A DNA stretch of 64,000 bases, from NCBI RefSeq assembly GCF_009914755.1, contig NC_060940.1; one strand, given 5' to 3'. The stretch comes from the human T2T-CHM13v2.0 reference genome, Homo sapiens. The position numbers and the translations under genes are program-made. The notes beneath the pieces were generated by a model that saw nothing but the letters and a program-made list of their open reading frames with translations, was not told the origin of the DNA and ran no database searches. How positions within the stretch are numbered: the stretch's first letter is position 1; each line of letters opens with the position of its first letter. Positions 14,301 to 29,800 of the stretch are shown in pieces.

Positions 14301-15559
14301 TTTTATTCAATTGGTTGACATTTCCATTCGATTCCATTCGATGATGATTCCATTTGATACCATTCAAAGATGATTCCATTCTAGCGCATTCAATCATTCC
14401 ATTCGATTCTATTCAATGATGATTCCTTTCATGTCGATTTGGTGATTCCATTTGACTCCATTTGATGATGATTCCTTTCAAGTTCATTAGATGATTCCAT
14501 TCGATTCCATTTGATGATGACCCCATTCGAGTCCATTCAGTGATTCCATTCGTTTCCATTCCATGATGATTCCATTCCATTCCATTCAATGATTCCATTC
14601 GATTCCGTTTGATGATGATTTCATTCGAGTCCATTTGATGATTCCATTTGATTCCATTCGATGATGACTCCATTCGAGTCCATTCGATGATTCTATTCGA
14701 ATCCATTTGATGATTTCTTTTGATTATAGTTGGTGATGATTCCATTGGAGTCCATTCAATGATTCCATTCGATTCCAATCGATGGTGATTCCATTAGAGT
14801 CCATTTAATGATTCCATTTGATTCCAGTCTCTGATGATTACATTCGAGTCCATGCGATGATTCCACTCAATTCCATATCATGATGATTCCATTCGATTCC
14901 ATTCGATGATTCCATTCTATTCTATTCAATGGTGATTCCATTCGAGTACATTAGATGATTCCATTCGATTCCATTCAATGATGATTCTATTTGTGTCCCT
15001 TAGATGATTCCACATGATTCCATTAGATGATGATACTATTTGAGCCCATCCAATGATTCCCTTCGATTCCATTCGATGAGGATTCCATTCGATTCAATTC
15101 ATTGGTGATTCTATTCAATTCAATTCTTTGATTCCATTCCATTCCATTCGACAATGATTCCATTCGATTTCTTTCGATGATTCCACTCGATTCCACTTGA
15201 CATTGATTCCATTCGATTCCATTCATTGATTCCATTTGATTCCAGTGGGTGATGATTGCCATCGATTCCATTCGATCACTCCATTCTATTCCATTTGATG
15301 ATGATTACATTCGATTCCATTTGATGATTCCATCTGATTCTATTCGAGGATTCAATTTGATTCCATTCGATGATGATTCCATTCGAGTACATTCGATGAT
15401 TTCATTCGAGTACATCCAATGATTCCATTCGAGTCCATTTGATGATTCCATTTGATTCCATTTGATTATGATTCTACTAGAGTCCATTCAATGACTCCAT
15501 TCGAATCCATTCAACAATTCCATTCGACTCCATTCGATGATTCCATTCGATTCCATTTG

Positions 15560-15570
15560 ATGATTCCATT
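15560..15570 (+). other. Deletion junction 3 (1180 bp removed; 11-bp microhomology ATGATTCCATT)
   Basis: The left flank matches up to 56874 and the right flank (GGGTTCAATTC) matches 58055 onward. The chimeric ORF 15477..15665 fuses two normally separate ORFs. 6112-1180-49 = 4883, the observed spacing. Confidence 0.85.
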
Positions 15571-18500
15571 GGGTTCAATTCAATGATGATTACATTGGAT
15601 TCCGTTCTATGATTCCATTCAATTCCGTTCATTGACAATTTGATTCCATTCGATGATGATTCCATTTGAGTTCATTCGATGATTCTATTCGATTCTCTTC
15701 AATGGTGATTCAATTCTATTATATTGGATGATTCCATTCGATTCCATTTGATGTTGATTCAATTCGATTCTCTTCGATGATGATTCCATTGGATTTCACT
15801 TGATGATTCTATTCGATTCCATTCAATGATGATTCACTTCTCGTCCATTGGATGATTCCATTTCATTCCATTCGATGATGATTCCATTCGATTCCATTCG
15901 ATGATTCCATTTGATTCCATGCGACGGTGAGCAATTCGATTCAATTCCATGATGATTCTATTTGATTCAATTAGATGATGTTTCCATTTGAATCCATTCC
16001 ATGATTATTCCATTGGAATCCATTCGGCGATGATTCCATATGAGTCAATTCAATGATGATTCCATATGGGTCCGTTCGATGATAATTCCATTTGATTTCA
16101 TTCGATGCTTCTATTCAATTCCAGTCGATGATGATTCCGTTGGAGTCCATACGATGATTCCATTTGATTTCATTTCATGATGATTCCATTCGATGACGAT
16201 TACATTGGATTCCATTCTATGATTCCATTCAATTCCATTCGTTGATGATTCGATTCCATTCAATGATGATTCCATTTGAGTTCATTCGGTGATTCTATTC
16301 GATTCCATTCTATGGTGATTCAATTCTCTTATATTGGATGATTCGACTCGATTCCATTTGATGATTATTCCATTGGAGTCCACTTAGTGAATCCTTTAGA
16401 TTCTACTCGAAGATGATTCCATTCGAGTCCATTCGATGATACCATTCAATTCCATTCGTTGATGCTTCCATTCAAGTGCATTCGATGATATCATTCGATT
16501 CCATTTGAGGATAATTCCATTTGATTCCATGCGATGATTCTATTCGATTCCATTCAATGATAATTCCATTCAATTCAGTGATTCCTCTGGACTCCATTTG
16601 ATGATGATTCCATTCAATGATTCCTTTCGATTCTATTCGAAAATGATTACATTTGAATCCATTTGATGACGATTCCATTCCATTCCATTTGATGATTCCA
16701 TACTATTCTATTCGATGATGATTCCATTCGATTCCATTCGATGATGATTGGATTCGATTCCATTTGATGATTTCATTTGATTCCATTCGTTAATGATTTC
16801 GATCAATTCCATTCGATGATTCCATTCGATTCCATTCGATAATGATTACATCCGAGTCCATTCGATGATTCCATTTGAGCCTGTTCGATAATTCCATTTG
16901 AGTCCAACCAATGATTCCATTCATTTCCATTCAATGATTCCATTCGAGTCCATTTGATCATTCCGGTAGGGTCCATTCGATGTTGATTCCATTGGAGTGC
17001 ATTCGATGATTCCATTCGAGTCCATTTTAGGATTTGATTCGAGTCCTTTCGATGATTCCATTCGATTCCACTCGATGATGATTTCATTCGAGTCCATTCG
17101 ACACTTCCAATCGATTCCATTTGATGATTCCATTCGAGTCCAATTGATGATTCCATTCAATTCCATTCGATGATGATTCCGTACGATTCCATTCTGTGAT
17201 GATTCCATGTGATTGCATTCAATGATGATTCCTTTCGATTGCATTCGATTATGATTCATTTCGTCTTCATTCTATGGTTCCACAGGTTTCCATTCGTGTC
17301 CATTCCATTATTCCATTCTATTCCATTTGATGATGATTCCATTCGATTCCATTCATTGGTGATTCCACTCAATTCCATTCAATGATTCCATTCCATTTCT
17401 TTCAACAATGATTCCATTAGTTTCTAATCGAGGATCCACTTGATTCCATTTGACGACGATTCCATTCTTGTCCATTCGATGATTCCATTTGATTCCATAT
17501 GATGATGATTCCATTCGATTCCATACCATGATGATTCCATTCGAGTCCATTCAATGGTGATTCCATTCAATTCCATTCGATGATTCCTTTCGATTCCATT
17601 CGATGATGATGGCATTCGATTCCTTTCAATCATTCCCTTTGATTCCATTCAAAGGTGATTTCATTCAAGTCCATTCGATAATTGCATTCGATTCCATTCT
17701 ATGATGATTCCATTCGAGTCCATTTGATGATTCCATTCAATTCAAGTCAATGATGATTCCATTCGATTCCATTCGATGATTCCATTGGATTCCATTCGAT
17801 GATGATTCCATTCACATCCATTCGATAATTCAATTCAAGTCCATTCGATGATGATTCCAATCGAATCCATTCAAAGATTCCATTCAGTTCCATTCGATGG
17901 TTCCCTTGGATTCCATTCGATGATTCCACTTGATTGCATTTACGATGATTCCATTCGATTCCATGTGATGATTCCATTCAATTCTATTCAATGATGTCTC
18001 CATTTGATTCCATTCGACCATGATTGCCTTTGATTCCATTCAATGATTCCATTCGGTTCCGTTTGATGATGATTCCGTTCGATTCCATTTGATGATTCCA
18101 TTTGATTCCATTGGATGAGTCCATTCGATTACATTCGATGATTATTCCATTCGAGTGCATTAGATGATTCCATTCGAGTCCATTCGATGATTCCATTCGA
18201 TTCCATTCGATGTTGATTCTGTTCAAATCCATTCGATGATTCCACTCGATTCCATTCGTTGACTCCATTTGATCCCATTCGATGATTTCCTTTGATTCCC
18301 TTTGATGATCATTCCATTTGATTCAATTCGGTGATTTCATTTGATTCCATTCAGTGATGTTTCCATTCGACTCCATTCGATGATGATTCCATTCGACTCC
18401 ATTCGATTATGATTTCATTCAATTCCATTCGATAATGATTCCCTTCGAGTCCATTCGATGATTCCATTCGATTCCATTCAACGATGATTTGATTCGTGTC

Positions 18501-20834
18501 CATTCGATGATTCCATTTGATTCCACTTGATGATGATTCCATTCGAGTCCATTTGATGATTCCATTCAATTCCATACTCCGATGATTTCTTTTGAGCCCA
18601 CTCAATGCTTCCACTCGATTCCATATGATGATGACTCCATTCGATGAAATTCGATGATGATTCCATTCGCTTGCTTTCGATGATGATTCCACTTGAGTCC
18701 GTTAGAAGATTCTATTCAATTACATTCCATGACGATTCCGTTCGAGTCCATTTGATGATTCCATTAGACTCCATTCGACGATGATTCCATTCGATGTTAT
18801 TCGATGATTCCATTCGATCTCATTCGATGATGATTCCATTCAACTCCATTCGATGTTTCCATTCGAGTTCATTCTATTATTCCATTAGATTCCATTCGAT
18901 GATGATTCCATTCGATTCCATTTGATGATTGCATTCTATTTCATTTGATGATGATTCCATTCGAGTCCACTCGATGATTCCATTCGAGTCCATTTAATGA
19001 ATCCATTGGTTTCAATTCTATGATGATTACATTGGATTCCATTCGTTGATGATTTCATTCGGTTCCATTCAATGATGATTCCATTCAATTCCTTTCAATG
19101 TTTCCATTCAATTCCATACGATGATGATTCCATTTGATTTGATTCGACAGTGAGCCATTCGATTCAATTTCATGATGATTCTATTTATTCAATTGGTTGA
19201 CATTTCCATTCGATTCCATTCGATGATGATTCCCTTTGATTCCATTCAAAGATGATTCCATTCTAGCCCATTCAATCATTCCATTCGATTCTATTCAATG
19301 ATGATTCCATTCATGTCGATTTGGTGATTCCATTTGACTTCATTTGATGATGATTCCTTTCAAGTTCATTAGATGATTCCATTCGATTCCATTTGATGAT
19401 GATCCCATTCGAGTCCATTCAGTGATTCCACTCGTTTCCATTCCATGATGATTCCATTCCATTCCATTCAATGATTCCATTCGATTCCGATGGATGATGA
19501 TTTCATTCGAGTCCATTTGATGATTCCATTTGATTCCATTCGATGATGATTCCATTCGAGTCCATTCGATGATTCTATTCGAATCCATTTGATGATTTCT
19601 TTTGATTATAGTTGGTGATGATTCCATTGGAGTCCATTCAATGATTCCATTCGATTCCAATCGATGGTGATTCCATTAGAGTCCATTTAATGATTCCATT
19701 TGATTCCAGTCTCTGATGATTACATTCGAGTCCATACGATGATTCCACTCAATTCCATATGATGATGATTCCATTCGATTCCATTCGGTGATTCCATTCT
19801 ATTCTATTCAGTGGTGATTCCATTCGAGTACATTAGATGATTCCATTCGATTCCATTCAATGATGATTCTATTTGTGTCCCTTAGATGATTCCACATGAT
19901 TCCATTAGATGATGATACTATTTGAGCCCATCCAATGATTCCCTTCGATTCCATTCGATGAGGATTCCATTCGATTCAATTCATTGGTGATTCTATTCAA
20001 TTCAATTCTTTGATTCCATTCCATTCCATTCGACAATGATTCCATTCGATTTCTTTCGATGATTCCACTCGATTCCACTTGACATTGATTCCCTTCGATT
20101 CCATTCAATGATTCCATTTGATTCCAGTGGATGATGATTGCCATCGATTCCATTCGATCACTCCATTCTATTCCATTTGATGATGATTACATTCGATTCC
20201 ATTTGACGATTCCATCTGATTCTATTCGAGGATTCCATTTGATTCCATTCGATGATGATTCCATTCGAGTCCATTCGATGATTTCATTCGAGTACATCCA
20301 ATGATTCCATTCGAGTCCATTTGATGATTCCATTTGATTCCATTTGATTATGATTCTACTAGAGTCCATTCAATGACTCCATTCGAGTCCATTCAACAAT
20401 TCCATTCGACTCCATTCGATGATTCCATTCGATTCCATTTGATGATTCCATTCGAGTCCATTTAATCATTACAGTCGAGTCCATTTGGTGATTCCGCTGG
20501 ATTTCCTTTGATAATGATACCATTCGATTACATTTGATGATGATCCCATTCAATTTCATTTGATGATGATTCCATTAGAGTCCATTCGATGATTTTATTC
20601 GAGTCCCTTCATTGATTCCATCCGATTTCATTGGATGATGACTCCATTCGAGTCCATTCGATGATTCCACTCGATTCCATTAGATGATTCCATTGGAGTC
20701 CATTTGATTGTTCCATTCGATTCCATTCGATTCCTTTCGAAGATTATTCCATTTGAGTCCATTCGATGATGATTCCATTCCATTCCATTCGATGATTCCG
20801 TTTGATTCCATTCGATGATTCCCTTCGATTCCTT
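15571..20834 (+). repeat. Nested repeat unit U4 (lacks the first ~0.8 kb; first member of the 6062-bp family)
   Basis: It carries the 49-bp deletion allele GATGACGATTCCATTCCATTCC (~16665-16690) and the 1-bp deletion CTATTTATTC (~19181-19190) that define U5-U9. Confidence 0.85.
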
Positions 20835-23800
20835 TCTTTGATGATTCCATTCCATTCCATTCAATGATTCCATTCGAATCTATTCCATGATGATTCCTTT
20901 CGATTCCATTCGCTGATGTTTCCGTTCAATTCCATTCGATGATGATTCCATTCGATTCCATTCATTGAGGATTCCATTTGATTCCATTCAGTGATGATTC
21001 CATTCTATTCCATTCAATGATTGCATTCAATTCCATTCAATGATTATCCCATTAGAGTAAACTCAACGATTCCATTCAATACCATTCGATGATGATTCCT
21101 TTTGAGTCCATTCAATGATTTCATTCAAGTCCATTTGATGATTCCTTTCAATTCCATTCTATGATGATTCCATTCGAGTCCATTCGATGATTCCATTCGA
21201 TTGCATTCGATGATTCCATTATATTCCATTCAACGATGATTCCATTCGAGTCCATTCGATGATTCCATTAGAGTACATTTAATGATTGCTTTGTTTTCAA
21301 TTCGAAGATGATTACATTCGATTCCATTCTATGATACCATTCGTTTCCATTCAATGATGACTCCACTCAAATCCATTGGATGATTCCATTCGTGTCCATT
21401 CGGTGATTTCATTAGATTCCATTCGAGGATGATTCCATTCGATTCCATTCGATGATTCCATTCAATTCCATTCGATGATGATTCCATTCGAGTCCATATG
21501 ATCATTCCATTTGATTTCATTCGATGATGATTCCATTCGATTCCATTCGACGATTCCATTCTATTCCATTCGATGATGATTCCATTCGAGTCCATTCGAT
21601 GATTCCATTCGAGTCCATTTAATGATTCCATTGGGTTCAATTCAATGATGATTACATTGGATTCCGTTCTATGATTCCATTCAATTCCGTTCATTGACAA
21701 TTTGATTCCATTCGATGATGATTCCATTTGAGTTCATTCGATGATTCTATTCGATTCTCTTCGATGGTGATTCAATTCTATTATATTGGATGATTCCATT
21801 CGATTCCATTTGATGTTGATTCAATTCGATTCTATTCGATGATGATTCCATTGGATTTCACTTGATGATTCTATTCGATTCCATTCAATGATGATTCACT
21901 TCTCGTCCATTGGATGATTCCATTTCATTCCATTCGATGATGATTCCATTCGATTCCATTCGATGATTCCATTTGATTCCATGCGATGGTGAGCAATTCG
22001 ATTCAATTCCATGATGATTCTATTTGATTCAATTAGATGATGTTTCCATTCGAATCCATTCCATGATTATTCCATTGGAATCCATTGGGCGATGATTCCA
22101 TATGAGTCAATTCAATGATGATTCCATATGGGTCCGTTCGATGATAATTCCATTTGATTTCATTCGATGCTTCTATTCAATTCCAGTCGATGATGATTCC
22201 GTTGGAGTCCATACGATGATTCCATTTGATTTCATTTCATGATGATTCCATTCGATGACGATTACATTGGATTCCATTCTATGATTCCATTCAATTCCAT
22301 TCGTTGATGATTCGATTCCATTCAATGATGATTCCATTTGAGTTCATTCGGTGATTCTATTCGATTCCATTCTATGGTGATTCAATTCTCTTATATTGGA
22401 TGATTCGACTCGATTCCATTTGATGATTATTCCATTGGAGTCCACTTAGTGAATCCTTTAGATTCTACTCGAAGATGATTCCATTCGAGTCCATTCGATG
22501 ATACCATTCAATTCCATTCGTTGATGCTTCCATTCAAGTGCATTCGATGATATCATTCGATTCCATTTGATGATAATTCCATTTGATTCCATGCGATGAT
22601 TCTATTCGATTCCATTCAATGATAATTCCATTCAATTCAGTGATTCCTCTGGACTCCATTTGATGATGATTCCATTCAATGATTCCATTCGATTCTATTC
22701 GAAAATGATTACATTTGAATCCATTTGATGACGATTCCATTCCATTCCATTTGATGATTCCATACTATTCTATTCGATGATGATTCCATTCGATTCCATT
22801 CGATGATGATTGGATTCGATTCCATTTGATGATTTCATTTGATTCCATTCGTTAATGATTTCGATCAATTCCATTCGATGATTCCATTCGATTCCATTCG
22901 ATAATGATTACATCCGAGTCCATTCGATGATTCCATTTGAGCCTGTTCGATAATTCCATTTGAGTCCAACCAATGATTCCATTCATTTCCATTCAATGAT
23001 TCCATTCGAGTCCATTTGATCATTCCGGTAGGGTCCATTCGATGTTGATTCCATTGGAGTGCATTCGATGATTCCATTCGAGTCCATTTTAGGATTTGAT
23101 TCGAGTCCTTTCGATGATTCCATTCGATTCCACTCGATGATGATTTCATTCGAGTCCATTCGACACTTCCAATCGATTCCATTTGATGATTCCATTCGAG
23201 TCCTATTGATGATTCCATTCAATTCCATTCGATGATGATTCCGTACGATTCCATTCTGTGATGATTCCATGTGATTGCATTCAATGATGATTCCTTTCGA
23301 TTGCATTCGATTATGATTCATTTCGTCTTCATTCTATGGTTCCACAGGTTTCCATTCGTGTCCATTCCATTATTCCATTCTATTCCATTTGATGATGATT
23401 CCATTCGATTCCATTCATTGGTGATTCCACTCAATTCCATTCAATGATTCCATTCCATTTCTTTCAACAATGATTCCATTAGTTTCTAATCGATGATCCA
23501 CTTGATTCCATTTGACGACGATTCCATTCTTGTCCATTCGATGATTCCATTTGATTCCATATGATGATGATTCCATTCGATTCCATACCATGATGATTCC
23601 ATTCGAGTCCATTCAATGGTGATTCCATTCAATTCCATTCGATGATTCCTTTCGATTCCATTCGATGATGATGGCATTCGATTCCTTTCAATCATTCCCT
23701 TTGATTCCATTCAAAGGTGATTTCATTCAAGTCCATTCGATAATTGCATTCGATTCCATTCTATGATGATTCCATTCGAGTCCATTTGATGATTCCATTC

Positions 23801-26800
23801 AATTCAAGTCAATGATGATTCCATTCGATTCCATTCGATGATTCCATTGGATTCCATTCGATGATGATTCCATTCAAATCCATTCGATAATTCAATTCAA
23901 GTCCATTCGATGATGATTCCAATCGAATCCATTCAAAGATTCCATTCAGTTCCATTCGATGATTCCCTTGGATTCCATTCGATGATTCCACTTGATTGCA
24001 TTTACGATGATTCCATTCGATTCCATGTGATGATTCCATTCAATTCTGTTCAATGATGTCTCCATTTGATTCCATTCGACCATGATTGCCTTTGATTCCA
24101 TTCAATGATTCCATTCGGTTCCGTTTGATGATGATTCCGTTCGATTCCATTTGATGATTCCATTTGATTCCATTGGATGAGTCCATTCGATTACATTCGA
24201 TGATTATTCCATTCGAGTGCATTAGATGATTCCATTCGAGTCCATTCGATGATTCCATTCGATTCCATTCGATGTTGATTCTGTTCAAATCCATTCGATG
24301 ATTCCACTCGATTCCATTCGTTGACTCCATTTGATCCCATTCGATGATTTCCTTTGATTCCCTTTGATGATCATTCCATTTGATTCAATTCGGTGATTTC
24401 ATTTGATTCCATTCAGTGATGTTTCCATTCGACTCCATTCGATGATGATTCCATTCGACTCCATTCGATTATGATTTCATTCAATTCCATTCGATAATGA
24501 TTCCCTTCGAGTCCATTCGATGATTCCATTCGATTCCATTCAACGATGATTTGATTCGTGTCCATTCGATGATTACATTTGATTCCACTTGATGATGATT
24601 CCATTCGAGTCCATTTGATGATTCCATTCAATTCCATACTCCGATGATTTCTTTTGAGCCCACTCAATGCTTCCACTCGATTCCATATGATGATGACTCC
24701 ATTCGATGAAATTCGATGATGATTCCATTCGCTTGCTTTCGATGATGATTCCACTTGAGTCCGTTAGAAGATTCTATTCAATTACATTCCAGGACGATTC
24801 CGTTCGAGTCCATTTGATGATTCCATTAGACTCCATTCGACGATGATTCCATTCGATGTTATTCCATGATTCCATTCGATCTCATTCGATGATGATTCCA
24901 TTCAACTCCATTCGATGTTTCCATTCGAGTTCATTCTATTATTCCATTAGATTCCATTCGATGATGATTCCATTCGATTCCATTTGATGATTGCATTCTA
25001 TTTCATTTGATGATGATTCCATTCGAGTCCACTCGATGATTCCATTCGAGTCCATTTAATGAATCCATTGGTTTCAATTCTATGATGATTACATTGGATT
25101 CCATTCGTTGATGATTTCATTCAGTTCCATTCAATGATGATTCCATTCAATTCCTTTCAATGTTTCCATTCAATTCCATACGATGATGATTCCATTTGAT
25201 TTGATTCGACAGTGAGCCATTCGATTCAATTTCATGATGATTCTATTTATTCAATTGGTTGACATTTCCATTCGATTCCATTCGATGATGATTCCCTTTG
25301 ATTCCATTCAAAGATGATTCCATTCTAGCCCATTCAATCATTCCATTCGATTCTATTCAATGATGATTCCATTCATGTCGATTTGGTGATTCCATTTGAC
25401 TTCATTTGATGATGATTCCTTTCAAGTTCATTAGATGATTCCATTCGATTCCATTTGATGATGATCCCATTCGAGTCCATTCAGTGATTCCATTCGTTTC
25501 CATTCCATGATGATTCCATTCCTTTCCATTCAATGATTCCATTCGATTCCGTTTGATGATGATTTCATTCGAGTCCATTTGATGATTCCATTTGATTCAA
25601 TTCGATGATGATTCCATTCGAGTCCATTCGATGATTCTATTCGAATCCATTTGATGATTTCTTTTGATTATATTTGGTGATGATTCCATTGGAGTCCATT
25701 CAATGATTCCATTCTATTCCAATCGATGATGATTCCATTAGAGTCCATTTAATGATTCCATTTGATTCCAGTCTCTGATGATTACATTCGAGTCCATACG
25801 ATGATTCCACTCAATTCCATATGATGATGATTCCATTCGATTCCATTCGGTGATTCCATTCTATTCTATTCAATGGTGATTCCATTCGAGTACATTAGAT
25901 GATTCCATTCGATTCCATTCAATGATGATTCTATTTGTGTCCCTTAGATGATTCCACATGATTCCATTAGATGATGATACTATTTGAGCCCATCCAATGA
26001 TTCCCTTCGATTCCATTCGATGAGGATTCCATTCGATTCAATTCATTGGTGATTCTATTCAATTCAATTCTTTGATTCCATTCCATTCCATTCGACAATG
26101 ATTCCATTCGATTTCTTTCGATGATTCCACTCGATTCCACTTGACATTGATTCCCTTCGATTCCATTCAATGATTCCATTTGATTCCAGTGGATGATGAT
26201 TGCCATCGATTCCATTCGATCACTCCATTCTATTCCATTTGATGATGATTACATTCGATTCCATTTGACGATTCCATCTGATTCTATTCGAGGATTCCAT
26301 TTGATTCCATTCGATGATGATTCCATTCGAGTCCATTCGATGATTTCATTCGAGTACATCCAATGATTCCATTCGAGTCCATTTGATGATTCCATTTCAT
26401 TCCATTTGATTATGATTCTACTAGAGTCCATTCAATGACTCCATTCGAGTCCATTCAACAATTCCATTCGACTCCATTCGATGATTCCATTCGATTCCAT
26501 TTGATGATTCCATTCGAGTCCATTTAATCATTACAGTCGAGTCCATTTGGTGATTCCGCTGGATTTCCTTTGATAATGATACCATTCGATTACATTTGAT
26601 GATGATCCCATTCAATTTCATTTGATGATGATTCCATTAGAGTCCATTCGATGATTTTATTCGAGTCCCTTCATTGATTCCATCCGATTTCATTGGATGA
26701 TGACTCCATTCGAGTCCATTCGATGATTCCACTCGATTCCATTAGATGATTCCATTGGAGTCCATTTGATTGTTCCATTCGATTCCATTCGATTCCTTTC

Positions 26801-29800
26801 GAAGATTATTCCATTTGAGTCCATTCGATGATGATTCCATTCCATTCCATTCGATGATTCCGTTTGATTCCATTCGATGATTCCCTTCGATTCCTTTCTT
26901 TGATGATTCCATTCCATTCCATTCAATGATTCCATTCGAATCTATTCCATGATGATTCCTTTCGATTCCATTCGCTGATGTTTCCGTTCAATTCCATTCG
27001 ATGATGATTCCATTCGATTCCATTCATTGAGGATTCCATTTGATTCCATTCAATGATGATTCCATTCTATTCCATTCAATGATTGCATTCAATTCCATTC
27101 AATGATTATCCCATTAGAGTAAACTCAACGATTCCATTCAATACCATTCGATGATGATTCCTTTTGAGTCCATTCAATGATTTCATTCAAGTCCATTTGA
27201 TGATTCCTTTCAATTCCATTCTATGATGATTCCATTCGAGTCCATTCGATGATTCCATTCGATTGCATTCGATGATTCCATTATATTCCATTCAACGATG
27301 ATTCCATTCGAGTCCATTCGATGATTCCATTAGAGTACATTTAATGATTGCTTTGTTTTCAATTCGAAGATGATTACATTCGATTCCATTCTATGATACC
27401 ATTCGATTCCATTCAATGATGACTCCACTCAAATCCATTGGATGATTCCATTCGTGTCCATTCGGTGATTTCATTAGATTCCATTCGAGGATGATTCCAT
27501 TCGATTCCATTCGATGATTCCATTCAATTCCATTCGATGATGATTCCATTCCAGTCCATATGATCATTCCATTTGATTTCATTCGATGATGATTCCATTC
27601 GATTCCATTCGACGATTCCATTCTATTCCATTCGATGATGATTCCATTCGAGTCCATTCGATGATTCCATTCGAGTCCATTTAATGATTCCATTGGGTTC
27701 AATTCAATGATGATTACATTGGATTCCGTTCTATGATTCCATTCAATTCCGTTCATTGACAATTTGATTCCATTCGATGATGATTCCATTTGAGTTCATT
27801 CGATGATTCTATTCGATTCTCTTCGATGGTGATTCAATTCTATTATATTGGATGATTCCATTCGATTCCATTTGATGTTGATTCAATTCGATTCTATTCG
27901 ATGATGATTCCATTGGATTTCACTTGATGATTCTATTCGATTCCATTCAATGATGATTCACTTCTCGTCCATTGGATGATTCCATTTCATTCCATTCGAT
28001 GATGATTCCATTCGATTCCATTCGATGATTCCATTTGATTCCATGCGACGGTGAGCAATTCGATTCAATTCCATGATGATTCTATTTGATTCAATTAGAT
28101 GATGTTTCCATTCGAATCCATTCCATGATTATTCCATTGGAATCCATTCGGCGATGATTCCATATGAGTCAATTCAATGATGATTCCATATGGGTCCGTT
28201 CGATGATAATTCCATTTGATTTCATTCGATGCTTCTATTCAATTCCAGTCGATGATGATTCCGTTGGAGTCCATACGATGATTCCATTTGATTTCATTTC
28301 ATGATGATTCCATTCGATGACGATTACATTGGATTCCATTCTATGATTCCATTCAATTCCATTCGTTGATGATTCGATTCCATTCAATGATGATTCCATT
28401 TGAGTTCATTCGGTGATTCTATTCGATTCCATTCTATGGTGATTCAATTCTCTTATATTGGATGATTCGACTCGATTCCATTTGATGATTATTCCATTGG
28501 AGTCCACTTAGTGAATCCTTTAGATTCTACTCGAAGATGATTCCATTCGAGTCCATTCGATGATACCATTCAATTCCATTCGTGGATGCTTCCATTCAAG
28601 TGCATTCGATGATATCATTCGATTCCATTTGAGGATAATTCCATTTGATTCCATGCGATGATTCTATTCGATTCCATTCAATGATAATTCCATTCAATTC
28701 AGTGATTCCTCTGGACTCCATTTGATGATGATTCCATTCAATGATTCCATTCGATTCTATTCGAAAATGATTACATTTGAATCCATTTGATGACGATTCC
28801 ATTCCATTCCATTTGATGATTCCATACTATTCTATTCGATGATGATTCCATTCGATTCCATTCGATGATGATTGGATTCGATTCCATTTGATGATTTCAT
28901 TTGATTCCATTCGTTAATGATTTCGATCAATTCCATTCGATGATTCCATTCGATTCCATTCGATAATGATTACATCCGAGTCCATTCGATGATTCCATTT
29001 GAGCCTGTTCGATAATTCCATTTGAGTCCAACCAATGATTCCATTCATTTCCATTCAATGATTCCATTCGAGTCCATTTGATCATTCCGGTAGGGTCCAT
29101 TCGATGTTGATTCCATTGGAGTGCATTCGATGATTCCATTCGAGTCCATTTTAGGATTTGATTCGAGTCCTTTCGATGATTCCATTCGATTCCACTCGAT
29201 GATGATTTCATTCGAGTCCATTCGACACTTCCAATCGATTCCATTTGATGATTCCATTCGAGTCCTATTGATGATTCCATTCAATTCCATTCGATGATGA
29301 TTCCGTACGATTCCATTCTGTGATGATTCCATGTGATTGCATTCAATGATGATTCCTTTCGATTGCATTCGATTATGATTCATTTCGTCTTCATTCTATG
29401 GTTCCACAGGTTTCCATTCGTGTCCATTCCATTATTCCATTCTATTCCATTTGATGATGATTCCATTCGATTCCATTCATTGGTGATTCCACTCAATTCC
29501 ATTCAATGATTCCATTCCATTTCTTTCAACAATGATTCCATTAGTTTCTAATCGATGATCCACTTGATTCCATTTGACGACGATTCCATTCTTGTCCATT
29601 CGATGATTCCATTTGATTCCATATGATGATGATTCCATTCGATTCCATACCATGATGATTCCATTCGAGTCCATTCAATGGTGATTCCATTCAATTCCAT
29701 TCGATGATTCCTTTCGATTCCATTCGATGATGATGGCATTCGATTCCTTTCAATCATTCCCTTTGATTCCATTCAAAGGTGATTTCATTCAAGTCCATTC

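Larger units (their letters stand above)
11005..15570 (+). repeat. Nested repeat unit U3 (internal 1164-bp deletion; ends at a 1180-bp deletion junction)
   Basis: The offset to the 6112-bp reference changes from 46252 to 47416 at ~11325, and from 41304 to 42484 at ~15565. Confidence 0.85.

Noticed and set aside
6037-15570. Deletion sizes rise in exact 16-bp steps (1148, 1164, 1180)
   Set aside because: There are only three values, in-register deletions are restricted to sums of short building blocks, and the sizes are measured against a non-parental reference. I treat this as likely coincidence.
2413-17180. A single amplified ~4.9-kb higher-order variant
   Set aside because: The three short spacings have different junctions and retain different parts of the unit.
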